Assembly (NCBI GenBank): GCA_965178125.1
Contig: OZ237776.1
Location: forward strand, 248,001-312,000
Direction of reading: 5' to 3'
From: Bilabrum cf. latius
Lineage: Eukaryota
Length of the DNA: 64,000 bases
The position numbers and the translations under genes are program-made. Shown here piece after piece: positions 23,001 to 36,915 of this stretch; positions within the stretch are counted from its first letter, which is position 1, and every line of letters starts with the position of its first letter. The notes below the pieces were generated by a model that was given only the letters and a program-made list of their open reading frames with translations, was not told where the DNA came from and did not search any database.

Positions 23001-26000
23001 GCGCAGGCGCAGGTGCCTCCGAGGGCAAGGAGGCGGACGAGGCGGCCGCGGCCGCTGACCCCGCCGCAGCCGCCCAGGACGCAGTTCCCGCCACGGAGGA
23101 TGAGTACGTCAGGCGGGAGGCGGAGAAAGCAGTGTCCGCCATCGAGGAGCCAACCCTCGAGGATTTCCCCATTCCTGACAGGCCGGCAGACGACGACCTG
23201 CTGCATTCTCGGCTGGACCAGCTGGAAGAGAGGCTGCAGGGCAAGAGGGAAGAGGCAGCGGCCGAGGTGGCGGGCAGCCCCACGGACGATCGCACCACCG
23301 ATTTCGTCAAAGAGGAGGTGTCCAAACTGGTCCGGATCGCAGAGACGAGCCTCAAGGAGCTGCAGACGCAGCCCGAGGCGGAAGACCTTGATGCCCTGCT
23401 CGTGGTCAAGAACAGGGTGACCTTTGTGTCGGATGAGGCGCCCGAGGTGCACCGCAGGATGGACGGCGCTAGGGAACTGCTCAAGGTCCTCAAGGAACAA
23501 AGGCCTTCCAAAGAGGCCAAGGAGTTCGACAGGACCCTCAAGAAGCTGGACGGGGCCGAGGCCGTGTGGGGCGATTCCAAGAGGCAGCTGCCGATGACCA
23601 AGATCGGAATCGCGCCGCTCGTCAAGAAGCACTCGGCCATCACCAAGGAGAAAATCGAAGAGTACACGCAACAAATGGAGAAGTGGGCGGTCGAGCAGAA
23701 GAACCTCCCGTTCTGGGAGTACAAGACCGGGCCGGATGCGGCCGAGGAGGAGATCGAGCAGGCACGCAAGGCACAGCGAGGCACCACGCTCGAGACGCAC
23801 CGCATGCTTCACCTGGCCAAGACCTTCGAGTTCCCCCACCTCATGGAACGTTCCCTGGAGATCGAAGACATCACGGAGACGGAGCGAGACATCGCCAAGG
23901 AGCTGTGGCAGATCGCCCGCGACACCAAGCAGTTCATCGCGGAAGCCAACACGACCCTCTGGTCCTAGGTCAAGGCGGATGAGTTGGAGGAGGGGGGCAA
24001 GGGCTTCATGAAGCGCATGCGCAAGGCAGCTTCCTCCAGCACCCGATCCAGAGGCACCTACGCCGGCCTGGCAGAGGAGATCAAGGACTTCTTGTCGACG
24101 TGTCCCCTGATCGGGTTCCTGGCTCACCCGAGCATGCGGCCCAGGCACTGGACCAAGCTCATGGCGCAGACGGGCAAGACCTTCACGCCGCCCTATGAGG
24201 ACGCCGACATGAAGCTCAAGGCCGTGCTGGACCTGGAGCTGCACAAGTTCCAGGCCGAGGTGGAGGAGATCTCGGACCAGAGCACCAAGGAGGAGAAGAT
24301 GGAGCAGGGGCTGGCCCTGCTGGACGAGACGTGGGCCGCCATCGTGTGGATCACGGAGGATTTCAAGGACGGCGTCAAGACGGTCAACATGGGGGAAGAG
24401 GATTTCGAGATGCTGGAAGCGCACCAGCTGCTGGTGCAGGGGTTCTGCGCCAACCGGTACATGGCCACATTCAAAGACAGGATTCTGGGATGGAAGGACT
24501 CGCTGAACAACGTGGGCGACGTGCGGCAGCTCATCTCGGACATTCAGCAGCTGTGGAAGTACCTGGAGCCGCTCTTCATCGGATCGGAGGAGGTCCGCAG
24601 GGAGCTGCCCGAGGACTCGGAGAGGTTCGCGGGTGCCGACAAGGAGGTGCGGCAGATCCTGTCGGACATGGTCAAGACGAAGAACATCAGGGAGAGCTGC
24701 GACAAGGAGGGCCTCATCAAGCAGTGCGAGGGCGTGCTGGCCCAGATCGAGAAGTGCAAGAAGGCGCTGGACGATTTCCTGGCCCGGAAGCGGGCGCAAT
24801 TCCCGAGGTTCTACTTCGTGTCGGATCCCGATCTCCTTGACATCCTGTCTAACGGGAACGTGCCCAAGCGCGTGATGAAGCACATCACCAAGGTCTTCTT
24901 GGCCACGCAGACGCTGACCCTGGAGGGAGGCAGCGAGGACGGGCTGGACCGGCCCAAGGCCACCAGGTACATCACCTGCGTGGGCAAGGAGGACCTTCCG
25001 TTCGAACCGGCGGTGGAGCTGGAGGGCAAGCCGGAGGTGTACATGCAGTCGATCCTTGACGGGCAGAGGGGTTCACTGCGGCAGGCCATGGAACGTTCCC
25101 TGAAGCGGTACCCCACCAAGGAGCGAACCGAGTGGGTGATGGACAGGAGGGACGACGGTGAGGCCGCCGACCCTGCCCAGGTGTCCCTCCTGGTGGCCGG
25201 CATGGACTACGTCAGGGGCGTGGAGGCGGCATTCGACCGGATGGAGGAGGGCGAGGCCGATGCTCTCAAGAAGGAGAGCGAGAAGGTCATCGAACAGCTC
25301 TCCGGGCTCATCAGGCTGACCCGCACCAAGATCGGCAAGGGCGATCGCAAGCGCGTCATGTGCCTCATCACCATGGACGCCCACGGCAGGGACGTCCTGC
25401 TCAAGCTCATCCGCGAGGGTGTGGAGCACAAGACGCAGTTCCAGTGGCAGTCCCAGCTCAAGCAGAGGTTCGAGGACGGCGAGGCCAAGATTCGTGTGGC
25501 GGACGCACTCTTCCCCTACAAGTACGAGTACCTCGGGAACGGGTCCAGGCTGGTGATCACGCCGCTCACGGATCGGATCTACGTGACGGCCACGCAGGCT
25601 CTCAACCTGTGCATGGGCTGCGCCCCTGCGGGACCAGCCGGCACCGGCAAGACAGAGACCACGAAGGACCTGGCAAGCGCCCTTGGCATCGTGTGCTACG
25701 TGTTCAACTGCTCGCCCGAGCACGACTACACGTCCCTGGGAAACATCTACAAGGGGCTCAGCGCTTCGGGTGCCTGGGGCTGCTTCGACGAGTTCAACCG
25801 GCTCGTGCCCGCGGTGCTGTCTGTGTGCGCCGTGCAGTTCAAGGCAGTGTGTGACGGCATAAAGGCCCGGGCCAAGGAGGTCACCATCAACGGCGAGACC
25901 GTGCATCTCGAGTGGTCCGCGGGAGCCTTCATCACCATGAACCCGGGGTACTTGGGCCGCTCCGAGCTGCCAGAGGGACTCAAGGCCCTGTTCCGCCCCA

Positions 26001-29000
26001 TCACCGTGATGGTGCCCGACCTGGTGCTCATCTGCGAGAACATGCTCATGGCCGAGGGCTTCGAGGAGGCCAAGGTGCTGGCCAGCAAGTTCTATGGGCT
26101 GTACTCGCTGCTCCGGGAGCTGCTGTCCAAGCAGATGCACTACGACTGGGGACTGCGCGCCGTGAAATCCGTGCTCGTGGTGGCCGGCGGATTCAAGCGC
26201 GCCGAGCCCGACGTGGAGGAGCAGGACATTTTGATGCGCGCCCTCCGCGACTTCAACACGCCTAAGATCGTCAAGCAGGATGAGCCTATCTTCTTCGGGC
26301 TCCTGGGCGATCTGTTCCCAAAGAGGAACCCGCCGAGGAAGGTGATGCCCGTGCTGGAGGACGCCGTGGTCAAGGCCATCGAGCATCGCAAGCTGCACGA
26401 GGACGACGTCTTTAGGCTCAAGGTGGTGCAGCTGGAGGAGTTGCTGGAGATCAGGCACTGCGTGATGGTGCTGGGAGCGGCACAGGCGGGCAAGTCGGAG
26501 TGCTGGAAGACGCTCGCCGATGCCAGGCGCCACCGCACGGACGAGGGCAGGTGCAGCACCAAGTGCGTGGACCTCAACCCCAAGGCAGTGACCCCCGAGG
26601 AGCTGTACGGGTACATCCACCCCGCCACGCGCGAGTGGAAGGATGGGGTGCTCTCCAAGATCATGCGCGACCTGGGGAACGAACCGGGGGAGGACCCCAA
26701 GTGGATCATCCTGGACGGGGACCTCGACGCCAACTGGATCGAGTCCATGAACTCCGTGATGGACGACAACAAGATGCTCACGCTGGCCTCCAACGAGAGG
26801 ATCCCCCTCAAGGGGCACATGAGGATGATCTTCGAGATCAGGGACCTGAGGTTCGCCTCCCCCGCTACCGTCTCCAGGGCCGGCATCCTGTACATCTCGG
26901 TCAGCACGGGATCGCAGTGGCGCTCCCTCATCGCCTCCTGGATCGGCAAGCTGGACATCTCGGAGAAATGCAAGGAGGTGCTGACCGATCTGTTCGGAGA
27001 CGAGGCAGGCTACTGCACGCAGGCCCTGCTCTTCCTCAAGAAGCAGTGCAGGCCCCTGGTCCAGTTCGAGGACGTGACGGCCATTGCGAACCTCTTACGG
27101 CTGTTAGACTGCGTGCTGACGGACGACCTCCGCGCCGAGCTCTCCAAGCCGGAGAAGGAGGGACAGGTCAAGAGCATCCTCGAGACGTATTTTGTGTTCG
27201 CGGCGGTGTGGGCCTTCGGGTCCCCCCTCAGCACGAAGGACGGGGTGGACTACCGGGACCTGTTCTCCAAGTTCTGGAGGGCGGAATTCAAGGGCGTCCG
27301 GATGCCGTCCAGGGACACGGTGTTCGATTACTGGCTGGATCCTGAGACGCTCCAGTTCGAGCCCTGGAAGAAGAGCCCCTTCTTCACGCAGATCGAGTTC
27401 GATTCCACCAAGCAAGCCATGGGCAGCGTCACTGTCCCCACGCCGGAGACGTGCTCCATCAGTTTCTGGATGAATCTGCTTGTGGAGAGGCGCGTGCCCG
27501 TGATGCTGACGGGGTATGCCGGCATCGGCAAGACGCAGCTGGTGAACGGCATGCTGACCCAGCAGGACGAGACCAAGATCACGTCTCAGACGATCAACTT
27601 CAACTTCTTCACGGACGCTCGGGTGCTGCAGGCCAACATGGAAGCGCCTCTGGAGAAGAGAACCTCCACCACGCTGGGCCCGCCCGCCTCGAAGCGCCTC
27701 ATCTATTTCATGGACGACATCAACCTGCCGGAGGTGGATCCCTACGACACCTAGAACGCCATCGCGCTCATGCGGCAACACATGGACTACACGCACTGGT
27801 ATGACCTGAACAAGCTCGCGGTCCGGAACATTGTGGACTGCCAGTATGTGGCCTGCATGAACCCCGCGGCCGGTTCCTTCTTGGTGAACCCCCGCCTGCA
27901 AAGGCACTTCGTGACCTTCGCTGTTGGCTTCCCCGGCCCCACCAGCCTGAACATCATCTACGAGACGTTCCTCGCTGGCCACCTGCAGCACTTTCCCGAG
28001 GAGGTGCAGTCGCTGCAGCCGTCCATCCTCGCTGCCGCCATGCAGCTGCACACGGCCGTCAGCAACACGTTCCGGAAGTCAGCTTAGAACTTTCACTACG
28101 AGTTCAACATCAGGCACCTGTCCAACGTGTTCCAGGGACTGCTCATGGCCCAGCCCGCGCAGTTCTCGGACAAGGCCAAGTGGCCCGTCATGTGGCTGCA
28201 CGAATCCGAGAGGGTGTACGGAGACAGGCTTGTCTCGTACGAGGACCTGGCCAAGTACAGGAACCTGGCCAAGGTGCAGGCTCTCAAGAAGTTCGGCGAC
28301 CAGACTGCCACCCTGCAGGGCTTCTTCGCCGACAAGCCAGAGCCGCTGGTGCTGTGCCACTTCGCCGACAACGTGACGGATAAGGTGTACGACCGTGTGA
28401 CGAGCATGGACAAGCTGAACCACACGCTGGTGGACGCTCTTAAGGAGTACAACGAGCAGTATGCGACCATGAACCTCGTGCTCTTCGAGGACGCCATGAG
28501 GCACGTGTGCAGGATCACCCGAGTGATCAACAACCCGGCGGGGCATGCGCTTCTGGTGGGCGTGGGAGGCAGCGGCAAGCAGTCGCTCTCTCGGCTATCA
28601 GCGCACATCTGCGGCTACACCACGTGCCAGATCACCATCAGCAGCACGTACAGCATGAACGACTTCAAGGAGGACCTCAAGAAGATGTACAAGCTGGCTG
28701 GGATCAAGGACGAGGGCGTGAGCTTTCTGTTCACGGATAGCTAGATCACCAATGAGAGGTTTTTGGTGGCCATGAACGACCTGCTGGCCAGCGGCAACAT
28801 CCCCGACCTGTTTGCCCAGGACGAGATCGACGAGATCAATAACGCGGTGACCTCCAGGGCCAAGGGGGAGGGGTGGGGCACGGACCCGGCGGCACTGTGG
28901 GCCTTCTTCCTGAAGGAGGTCAGGCGGAACCTTCACGTGATCCTGTGCTTCTCGCCAGTGGGCGAGGCGTTCAGGACGAGGTGCAAGCGGTTCCCCGCTT

Positions 29001-32000
29001 TGGTGAACTGCACGGTCATCGACTGGTTCCAGCCCTGGCCTAGGGAGGCGTTGTACCGGGTGGGAAAGCAGGCCCTGGGTCAGATCGCCGACCTGGGTTC
29101 GGACGCGGTGCGGGCGGGCATCGAAGAGTTCATGCCGTACTCGTTCGAGGTGGTGAACGCCGAGGCGAAGAGGTTCCAGCAGCAGGAGCGAAGGTTCGTG
29201 TACACCACGCCCAAGAGTTTCCTGGAGCTGCTCGCGCTGTACAAGAAGCTGCTGGGTGAGAAGCGCGAAGGCGTGGACGCCAGCATTCAGCGGCTGAGCG
29301 ACGGGCTCACCAAGCTGAGGGAGACCGCGGAGAAGGTGGAGCAGATCGAGGCCAGCCTCAAGATTTCACTCGAGGAGGCCGCGGTCAAGCGGACCACTGC
29401 CGAGGGCATCGCAGAGGAAGTGAGCGCGAACAAGGAAATCGTCGAGGCTGAGAGTGCCAAGGCTAACGTTGAGGCGGAGAAGTGTGCCGTTATCCAGGCA
29501 GACGTGTCCAAGAAGGCAGCGGTCGCCAAGGAGAACCTGGACAACGCCGAGCCGCTGGTGCAGAAGGCCGAGGCTGCCCTGAACTCGATCAACGAGAAAG
29601 ATCTGTCCAGCTGCAAGACCATGCAGAAGCCCCCGCCGGGCGTGGATGACGTGTTCGTGGCCACGCAGATCCTGCTTGCCGGCGTCATGCCGACAATTCC
29701 CACGACCAAGACGGGCAAGGTCAAGGACAAGGACAGGACCTGGGAGGCCTGCAAGAAGCAGATGCTGGGCAACGTCAAGGAGTTCATGCAGTACCTGCTG
29801 GGCTTCAAGGAGCGCGCCGCGAACGGTGAGGTGAACAACACCAACTGGAAGGAGGTGAGGCCGTACCTCGCCATGGAGCATTTCGACCCCGACATCATGA
29901 TGGGCAAGAACCCGGCCGCGGCTGGACTCTGCTCCTGGGCCTCCAACATCGTGCAGTACCACGACGTGCTGGTCAACATCCAGCCGCTGAGGGACGAGCT
30001 GGCTGAGAGCGAGGCCAAGCTCGCCGCTGCCAACGCAAAGCTCAAGGAGGTGCAGGACCTCGTGGCCCGGCTGCAGGCGGACCTGGACATCCTGACCACC
30101 AAGTTCAACGCGGCCAACAAGGAGAAGGAGGAAGCCATCAACGCGGTGGAGTCGGGGCAGAGGAGGCTCGACCTCGCCAACCGTCTGACCGCCGCGCTGG
30201 CGGACGAAAATGTCCGTTGGGCTGCCAACGTGGAGCAGCTCACGGGTGATAAGGAGCTGCTGACTGGCGACGTGCTGCTTGCCTCTGCCTTCATCTCGTA
30301 CGCCGGCCCGTTCACCAAGCAGTTCCGCATGCGCCTCATGAACGAGAAGCTGATCCCCTACCTCAAGTCGTGCGCCAAGGAGGAGGAGTTCCCCATGAGC
30401 GAGGAGGCGGATCCTCTCGCCATCCTGACGGACGAGGCCACCGTGGCCGGCTGGCTGTCCCAAGGACTCCCCGACGACCTCGTCTCCAAGGAGAACGGCG
30501 CCATCGTAACGAACAGTGCACGCTGGCCACTGCTGATCGATCCCCAGCTGCAGGGCATCAGCTGGATCAGCAAAATGGAGGAGGAGAAGGGCCTGCACGT
30601 GGTGAGGCAGGGACAGAAGGACATGCTTCGCAAGCTTGAGAGCGCCATCAGCAACGGAGAGCCAGTGCTCATCGAGAACATGAGCGAGAGGGTAGAAGCC
30701 GTTCTCAACCCCGTCATCGCCAGGGCCACTTCGAAGAAGGGCATCGGCAGGCTGACCCTGCAGCTGGGTGACAAGGAAGTTGATTACCACCCGAGCTTCA
30801 AGCTCTACCTGCACACCAAGCTCAGCAACCCCCACTTTCCCCCCGAGATCCAGGCCGAGGCTGCTCTGGTCAACTTCAGCGTGACCGAGGCCGGGCTGGA
30901 AGACCAGCTCCTGGCCCTGACTGTGCAGAAAGAGAGGCCTGACTTGGCCACCATGAAGACGGACCTGATCCAGCAGCAGAACTCGTTCAAGATCAAGATC
31001 AAGGAGCTCGAGGACAACATCCTGGCCAAGCTCGCCGCCGCCGAGGGCGATCTCACCGAGGACGTTGAGCTCATCGAGAGCCTGGAAGACACCAAGCGGG
31101 TGGCCAACGAGATCGCCGAGAAGCAGACGGTGGCCCAGAAATACGAAGCCGAGATCAACATCACGAGCGAGAAGTACAGGCCAGTGGCCCGCCGAGGCGC
31201 CCTCCTGTTCTTCATGATGAACTCGCTGTTCAAGGTGCACACGTACTACATCTACTCGCTGGCATCGTTCGTCAGCGTGTTCGAGCGCGCCATTCAGCTG
31301 GTGAGTGGCAAGGACGACCCGTACCATGACGAGTGGTACGGCGGTGACGAGGACGAGGCGGAGGGGGGAGAAGCGGTCCTGGCAGCTGGTTCGGCCGCCG
31401 AGGCTGAGCCGGCCGCTGCAAGCCAATCCTAGGAAGGCGACGGAGCCGCGGCCGCCGCGGCCGCCGGCGAAGACGCTGGCAAGGGCGACGGCGCCGGGGC
31501 CTCCGAGAGCAAAGAAGGAGAAGGAGAAGCGGGGGCCGCTGCTCCTGCTGCGAGCGGGCAGGGCCTCAAGAAGGGCCTGGACGACGAGCAGCTGGTGATC
31601 CGGTGCGACGTGCTCAAGGGGTCCCTGACCAAGGTCACCTTCGAGTACCTCACCAGGGGACTCTTCGACGGCGACAAGCTGACGGTGGCGGCGCAGCTCA
31701 CGTTCAAGGTCCTGATCGATGCGGGCGAGCTGGACCCGGAGCTGGTCAGGATGCTGGTCATGGGCGATATCGCGCCCGACCCGGGCAACATGGGCGTACT
31801 CAGCGACTGGCTTCCCGACACGGTGTGGCCAAAGGTGCAGGCCCTCTCAAAAGTCAAGCCGGCCTTTGAAAAGATCGGGGACGACATGCAGCAGGATTCG
31901 GACGAGTGGAGGGAGTGGTTCGACCACGAGAAGCCAGAGTCGCAGAAACCACCGGGAGACTATCGCGGCCTGGAGCCCTTCCACACCCTGCTGCTGCTGC

Positions 32001-34039
32001 GGGCCATGCGGCCGGACAGAGTGCCCGCGGCTCTCCGCAGCTTCATCGAGGAGCGGATGGGGGCTGACTACGTGATGCAGAAGCCCTTCGACATGGCCCA
32101 GATCTTTCAAGAGTCCGGGCCCAACGTGCCCGTGTTCTTCGTGCTGTTCCCCGGTGTCGACCCCACGGTATGGATCGAGGCGCTGGGCCACAAGAAGGAC
32201 TTCACCGTGGAGAACGGCAAGTTCATCAACATTTCCATGGGGCAGGGGCAGGAGGAGAACGCCATGAATTCGCTGGACCGATGCTCGAGAGAGGGCGGGT
32301 GGGTGTACCTGCAGAATGTGCACCTCATGCAGGACTGGCTGCCCCTCTTGGAACGCAAGCTGGAGCTGGCCTCTGTGGGGGCGCATGAAGATTTCAGGTG
32401 CTTTATCAGCGCAGAGCCGCCCCCGCTGTCGTACATGAAGAACATGCCCGAGTCACTCATGCAGGGGGCCATCAAGGTGGCCAATGAGGCGCCCGCGGAT
32501 CTTCAGAGCAATCTCATGCGGGCCTGGGACCAGTTCAGCGAAGAGAGGATCCAGCAGTCCAAGAAGCCCGCTGAATTCAAGGCCTGTCTGTTTACCCTGT
32601 GCTTCTACCACGCCGTGGTGCTGGGCCGCAGGAGATTCGGGCAGCAGGGGTGGAGCAAGAGGTACTCGTTCAACGACGGTGACCTCAACGTCTGTGCCAA
32701 CGTGCTCATGCAGTACATCAACAACTCGGAGGACGTTCCGTGGGAGGACCTGCGGTACATCTTCGGCGAGATCATGTACGGCGGGCACATCACGGACTCT
32801 TGGGACCGCCGGACCAACAACACGTACCTGCACGTGTACCTGGAGCCCGGCATCCTCAAGGGCATGGACCTCGCGCCGCAATTCAAGGCCCCAGACACGG
32901 CCGAGCTCGACTACGACGGGCTGACCTCGTACATCAACGACAAGCTGCCCAGGGAGTCTCCGCCCATGTTCGGGCTGCACCCCAACGCTGAGATCGGATA
33001 CCTCACAACGTTCGGAGAGAACCTTTTCTCGACCGTGCTGACGCTGTTCGGCGGCTCGCTGGGCAGCGGCGACGACGAGGAGGGTGGGGGCAGCGCGGCT
33101 GCTGGTGGGCAGGACGCCGTGGTTAGGTCGACCATCGAGGATCTGCTGGAGCGGCTGCCTGAGAACTTTGTGATGATCGACATCGAGATGAAGGCGGAGC
33201 CTCTACTCAAGGAGAAGACATCACCCTACGTGCTGGTGGCCATGCAGGAGTGCACCCGAATGAACGCTCTGCTGACCTACATGCGCACGACTTTGATCGA
33301 GCTGCAAAAGGGCCTGGACGGCCAGCTCAACATGAGCGAGCCGATGGAGCACCTGTCAGAGGCCCTCGCCATCAACGAGACGCCAGGCAGGAACCCCTTC
33401 CACAAGTGCAGCTGGGAAGCGCTCGCGTGGCCCTCCAAAAAGAACCTTCAGTCCTGGTTCGGCGACCTTCTGCAGAGGGTGGCACAGCTGGACCGATGGG
33501 TGGAGGACCTGGTGTGCCCAGTGAGCATCTGGCTGCCCGGCCTGCAGAACCCTACGTCCTTCCTTACCGCCATCATGCAGGTGACGGCCCGCAACACGGG
33601 ACTGCCGCTGGACAACATGACGATTGAGACCCACCTGTCGACGTACACTTCGCCTGAGCAAGCCGAGGAGTACCCGGTGAACGGCATGTTCGCGCATGGC
33701 CTTTTTATCGAAGGTGCTAGGTGGGCCATGGGAGACGAGGCAGGTCCTCCCGAGATGGTGGAAAAGACCGAGTGCGCGGGGTACATCACAGACAGCAGGC
33801 TGAAGGAGCTGCTGCCTGCCCTGCCCCTCATGTACATCAAGGCTGTGGAGGTGCAGGCCCACTGGGATCCTCAGAGCGTGGGATACATGAGGCACGAGGA
33901 AGGGGTGTACGAGACCCCACTCTACACGACCACGTTCAGGGGACCTACGTACGTTTTCTTGGCGACTCTCAAGACGAGAGAGCCCAACACCAAGTGGGTG
34001 AGGGCGGGCGTCGCCATTATCATGCAAAGCGATTCTTGA
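20047..34039 (+). CDS. Axonemal outer-arm dynein heavy chain, kelch-tailed type (Chlamydomonas alpha-HC-like), ~4,450 aa
   Basis: Kelch repeats (RSGHTL..LFGG, RWRHSA..LGG, RGAHSA..FGG), IPT/filamin-like segment, then motor with P-loops GPAGTGKT, GAAQAGKS, GYAGIGKT, GVGGSGKQ. Intron 20655-20855 is well supported; the ATG-only first exon (20047-20049, intron 20050-20479) is tentative. Eight in-frame TAG; ends at TGA. Confidence 0.95.
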
Positions 34040-34273
34040 TTGCCTAGACTTCCTTACGTTTCCCTTCTGTATTTTATCGATAGTCTCGCATCAATCATAC
34101 CTGCCTAGTAGCCGATGGATGTCCGTACATTTCGCTCATCCTTTTTGGATAGAGTCAACCCGTGCCACACGGATCCAAGTTTCCCTTTACCGGATCCCAT
34201 CATGGATCCCAGGACTGTCTGACAAGTTGAGTACCACTTGGATAGATCAAAAGCTCAGCTCATCCTTGTTTGA

Positions 34274-35596
34274 TCAGATTTTCGAGTCGAACAATTCCAG
34301 CATCGCCGGGCCAACCTCTCCCAGCACGTCAGGGGCTGTGGTGCTCCTCCCCCTACGCTCAAAGGCTAGCTGAGAGGCCTTCCGGGTCACTGTGGAAGCC
34401 CCCATGCACGCGTCTCTCACGAGCTGCGACTTTGAGCACTATTTTGATCCACTTTCCCCCGTACCACCTGAGCCGCTGCGCGTCGTCGACTGTGCCCAGC
34501 CGAGGAATGTCGCGAGCACTCCTGACAGGATATCCCCCTGGCCCCCTACTCGCTTGAGCCCCCCTTTAGGCTCGCGCACGTTCTCTGCAACAATATGACC
34601 GTTGCTGCTTGATCTTTCATCAGTCTACTCTGCATCATAGCTTGCAGCTTTCAGCAGCTGTTGCCATGCCAGTAGTCTTGGAAGGCTTGGTTGCCTACTA
34701 CCAGCATCGCTTGAGTGTCCAGCAGCAATACGGCCTTCTGCGGTATGCCCTGGGCCCGACGCCAGCACGCAGACCCGGTCCGTCGGGCCTTTTGCAAGCA
34801 CTGCAAGTGTACCCGCCGTGACCTCCAAGTTTGAGGAGAAGGGAAGCTATCCAACTGCATGTCGCACCAGCCGATCGGTAGCCTCTTGCAGCCTTCGTAG
34901 CTCCTTTCCGTTCGGTGTAAGCACCACAGGAGACTCTGCATTAAGTATCTATGACAATATCTTGGACCTGTCGCTCCAGTGATCTGGTTCTTTGGGTGCC
35001 AGAGGGCTGTCGTTGGCCATGGTTTCCTTGCTGTCTATTACGCTTGGCTGCTCCATGTCTTGCTCTATCACCCACAGGCCATCTGCATCAATCACCAGAG
35101 GCACTTTGAAGTGTAGCGCCAACTCAATAACGCGCCTTGCGCATTCGACGGCACCCTTGGATCGGCCGAGGCCTGGCCCAAGCACGACCGCGGTGGAGCC
35201 CTTCACGAAACGGGAGTGATTATCTGATGGCAGCCATACCGTGCCGTTTTCCTTGAATGAAGGCAACACCAACAGTTCAGGAGAATATGATTTGATGGGA
35301 ATCGCCGCGGACTACGAGCAAAATACAGTGGCAAGATCTCCGCCGGCAAGCAACGATGCGGTCGAGGCGTAGTACGGAGCACCCGTGTACATGTTGCATC
35401 CACCCACTACTAAACTGCGACCATGGTCTCCTTTCGAGTGATTTGCGCCCAGTTCCGGGACCAAATATCGGACGCTATCCGGTGTCGGGCGGTGGTCATA
35501 ATTTTTTGAGGTCGTAATTCGTGAACTGCAACAGCACGAGTGCAGCATCCGGCAAGCAACTAAACACGACACCGCCCGGCAATTTAGCCGGTGCAT
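34274..35596 (-). CDS. NAXD: NAD(P)H-hydrate dehydratase (YjeF C-terminal / carbohydrate kinase family)
   Basis: One frame across TAGs: KGDHGRSLVVGG..YTGAPYYA, AAIPIKSYSPEL, VLGPGLGR, VIDADGL, VLTPN, KRVGGQGDILSG. TGA at 34274. Start could be 35596 or 35623. Confidence 0.88.
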
Positions 35597-36301
35597 AGTG
35601 GATCCAAAAATATGCTGATTCATGTGCAGAACTAAATTCAATTAGAGTCACGTGGCGATCGTTCTGTTCGTACTTGTCACATCTAGCTCCAGCCATGTGC
35701 ACACCTGAACGACAAAGCACGCAGCTGAATCCATCCTAATTGCTGACTTGTACGTATCTGCTCTTCCAGGCCAAACTTGCTGCGCAAGTGATGCTCGTAA
35801 TAATGCAGCTCTTCGACCCCAAGTTGCCCCCGCTGGCCGCCACCCCTGCGAAGCTTGTGCCAGTTGGCCTGTCATACTTGCGTATCGGGGTCCAATTTGC
35901 GCCACATCACCGAGCCGTGCCTTGACACGTCCGCAAAAGCCCATTCAGTGTACACGATAATTCCGGGGCAGCACAACTTAAAGGCTGCTGATTCCACTGG
36001 TGTCCCCCCCACCGCGGCAGCTGGCAGCAGCAAATGCGGAGCCAAGTGCTTGCCTCCACCTCATCGAAATTGAATGAAGATCTACCTGACCAGCAACAAT
36101 TATGTTGCCGCGGCTACCGGCCCGTTTTGGCTTCTTCAAGCGTCAACTGAACTGTTACCAATACCCTTCCCGCACATGCATCGAGCCATGACTAGTGGTT
36201 TGAAAGACTGATGCATACCAAAAAGGTACTCCAGAAAAGACTGGTATCAAAAAGCGAATCACGGCCATAGCGAAGTGGTCGAGCAGCCAGATCCTCCGTG
36301 T

Positions 36302-36742
36302 TCACCATGCCCCGCGCCGCCCGCGCAGCTGTGGCGAGCTGTACAGTCCAAGGTCTTCCCATACATCAACGGCAGCATCAACTGCAACCGACAGAGGGAC
36401 GGGCGCACTCGGAAGGGCACCTCGAAACGTAGGGTTGCGTATCGCCTTGCAAATCCCTGCGACGTCAATTCGTCTGCGGCTCCTCTCTGCACCTGAAGAT
36501 GCCTTCGACGATGTGAATTCCTAAGGTTCAACATGTTCTGTGTTGAAATTCATTTCTCCTTTCAGCCATTTTCTCCTTTGTTCCTCCCATCGTTTGTCTT
36601 GCACAGGTGTAGCTGCAGTCGGTGGCTTGCCACCTTTCCACCGCACTCGGAAAAGCTTGAAGGGGGACTTTACTGTATATACAATACATCTGCGTATCTG
36701 ACTAGACATGCGGCACATATATGGTGGAGTAGATGGTACCAC
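36302..36742 (-). CDS. DUF4050 / Gag1-like small protein (5' end unresolved)
   Basis: Reading through TAG 36521 joins RWEEQRRKWL to PVPLSVAVDAAVDVWEDLGLY, matching the family pattern as I recall it. Ends at TGA 36302. Confidence 0.6.
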
Positions 36743-36915
36743 ACAAAATATTCTGACAGTTCCGATGTGACGAACAACCCCTCCCGATCAGCATGGTGGT
36801 GGTGGCGTGTGCAGAAGAGTTTGTGTGCCTGCAGCCAACACCCAGACTGATTCAACCATTTCATGATAGGCCTCAACAGGCCCCTATACCCAGTCCAAGT
36901 CCAGTCATAAGCTGC

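Noticed and set aside
22058-34027. Long antisense and alternative-frame ORFs (e.g. 941 aa at 22058-24883, 686 aa at 29366-31426)
   Set aside because: Shadows of the GC3-biased dynein coding strand; no recognisable motifs.
20047-34039. Ciliate-type code (UAA and UAG both Gln) or pyrrolysine/Leu/Trp meaning of UAG
   Set aside because: No in-frame TAA was seen, and diagnostic TAG positions align with Gln/CAG.
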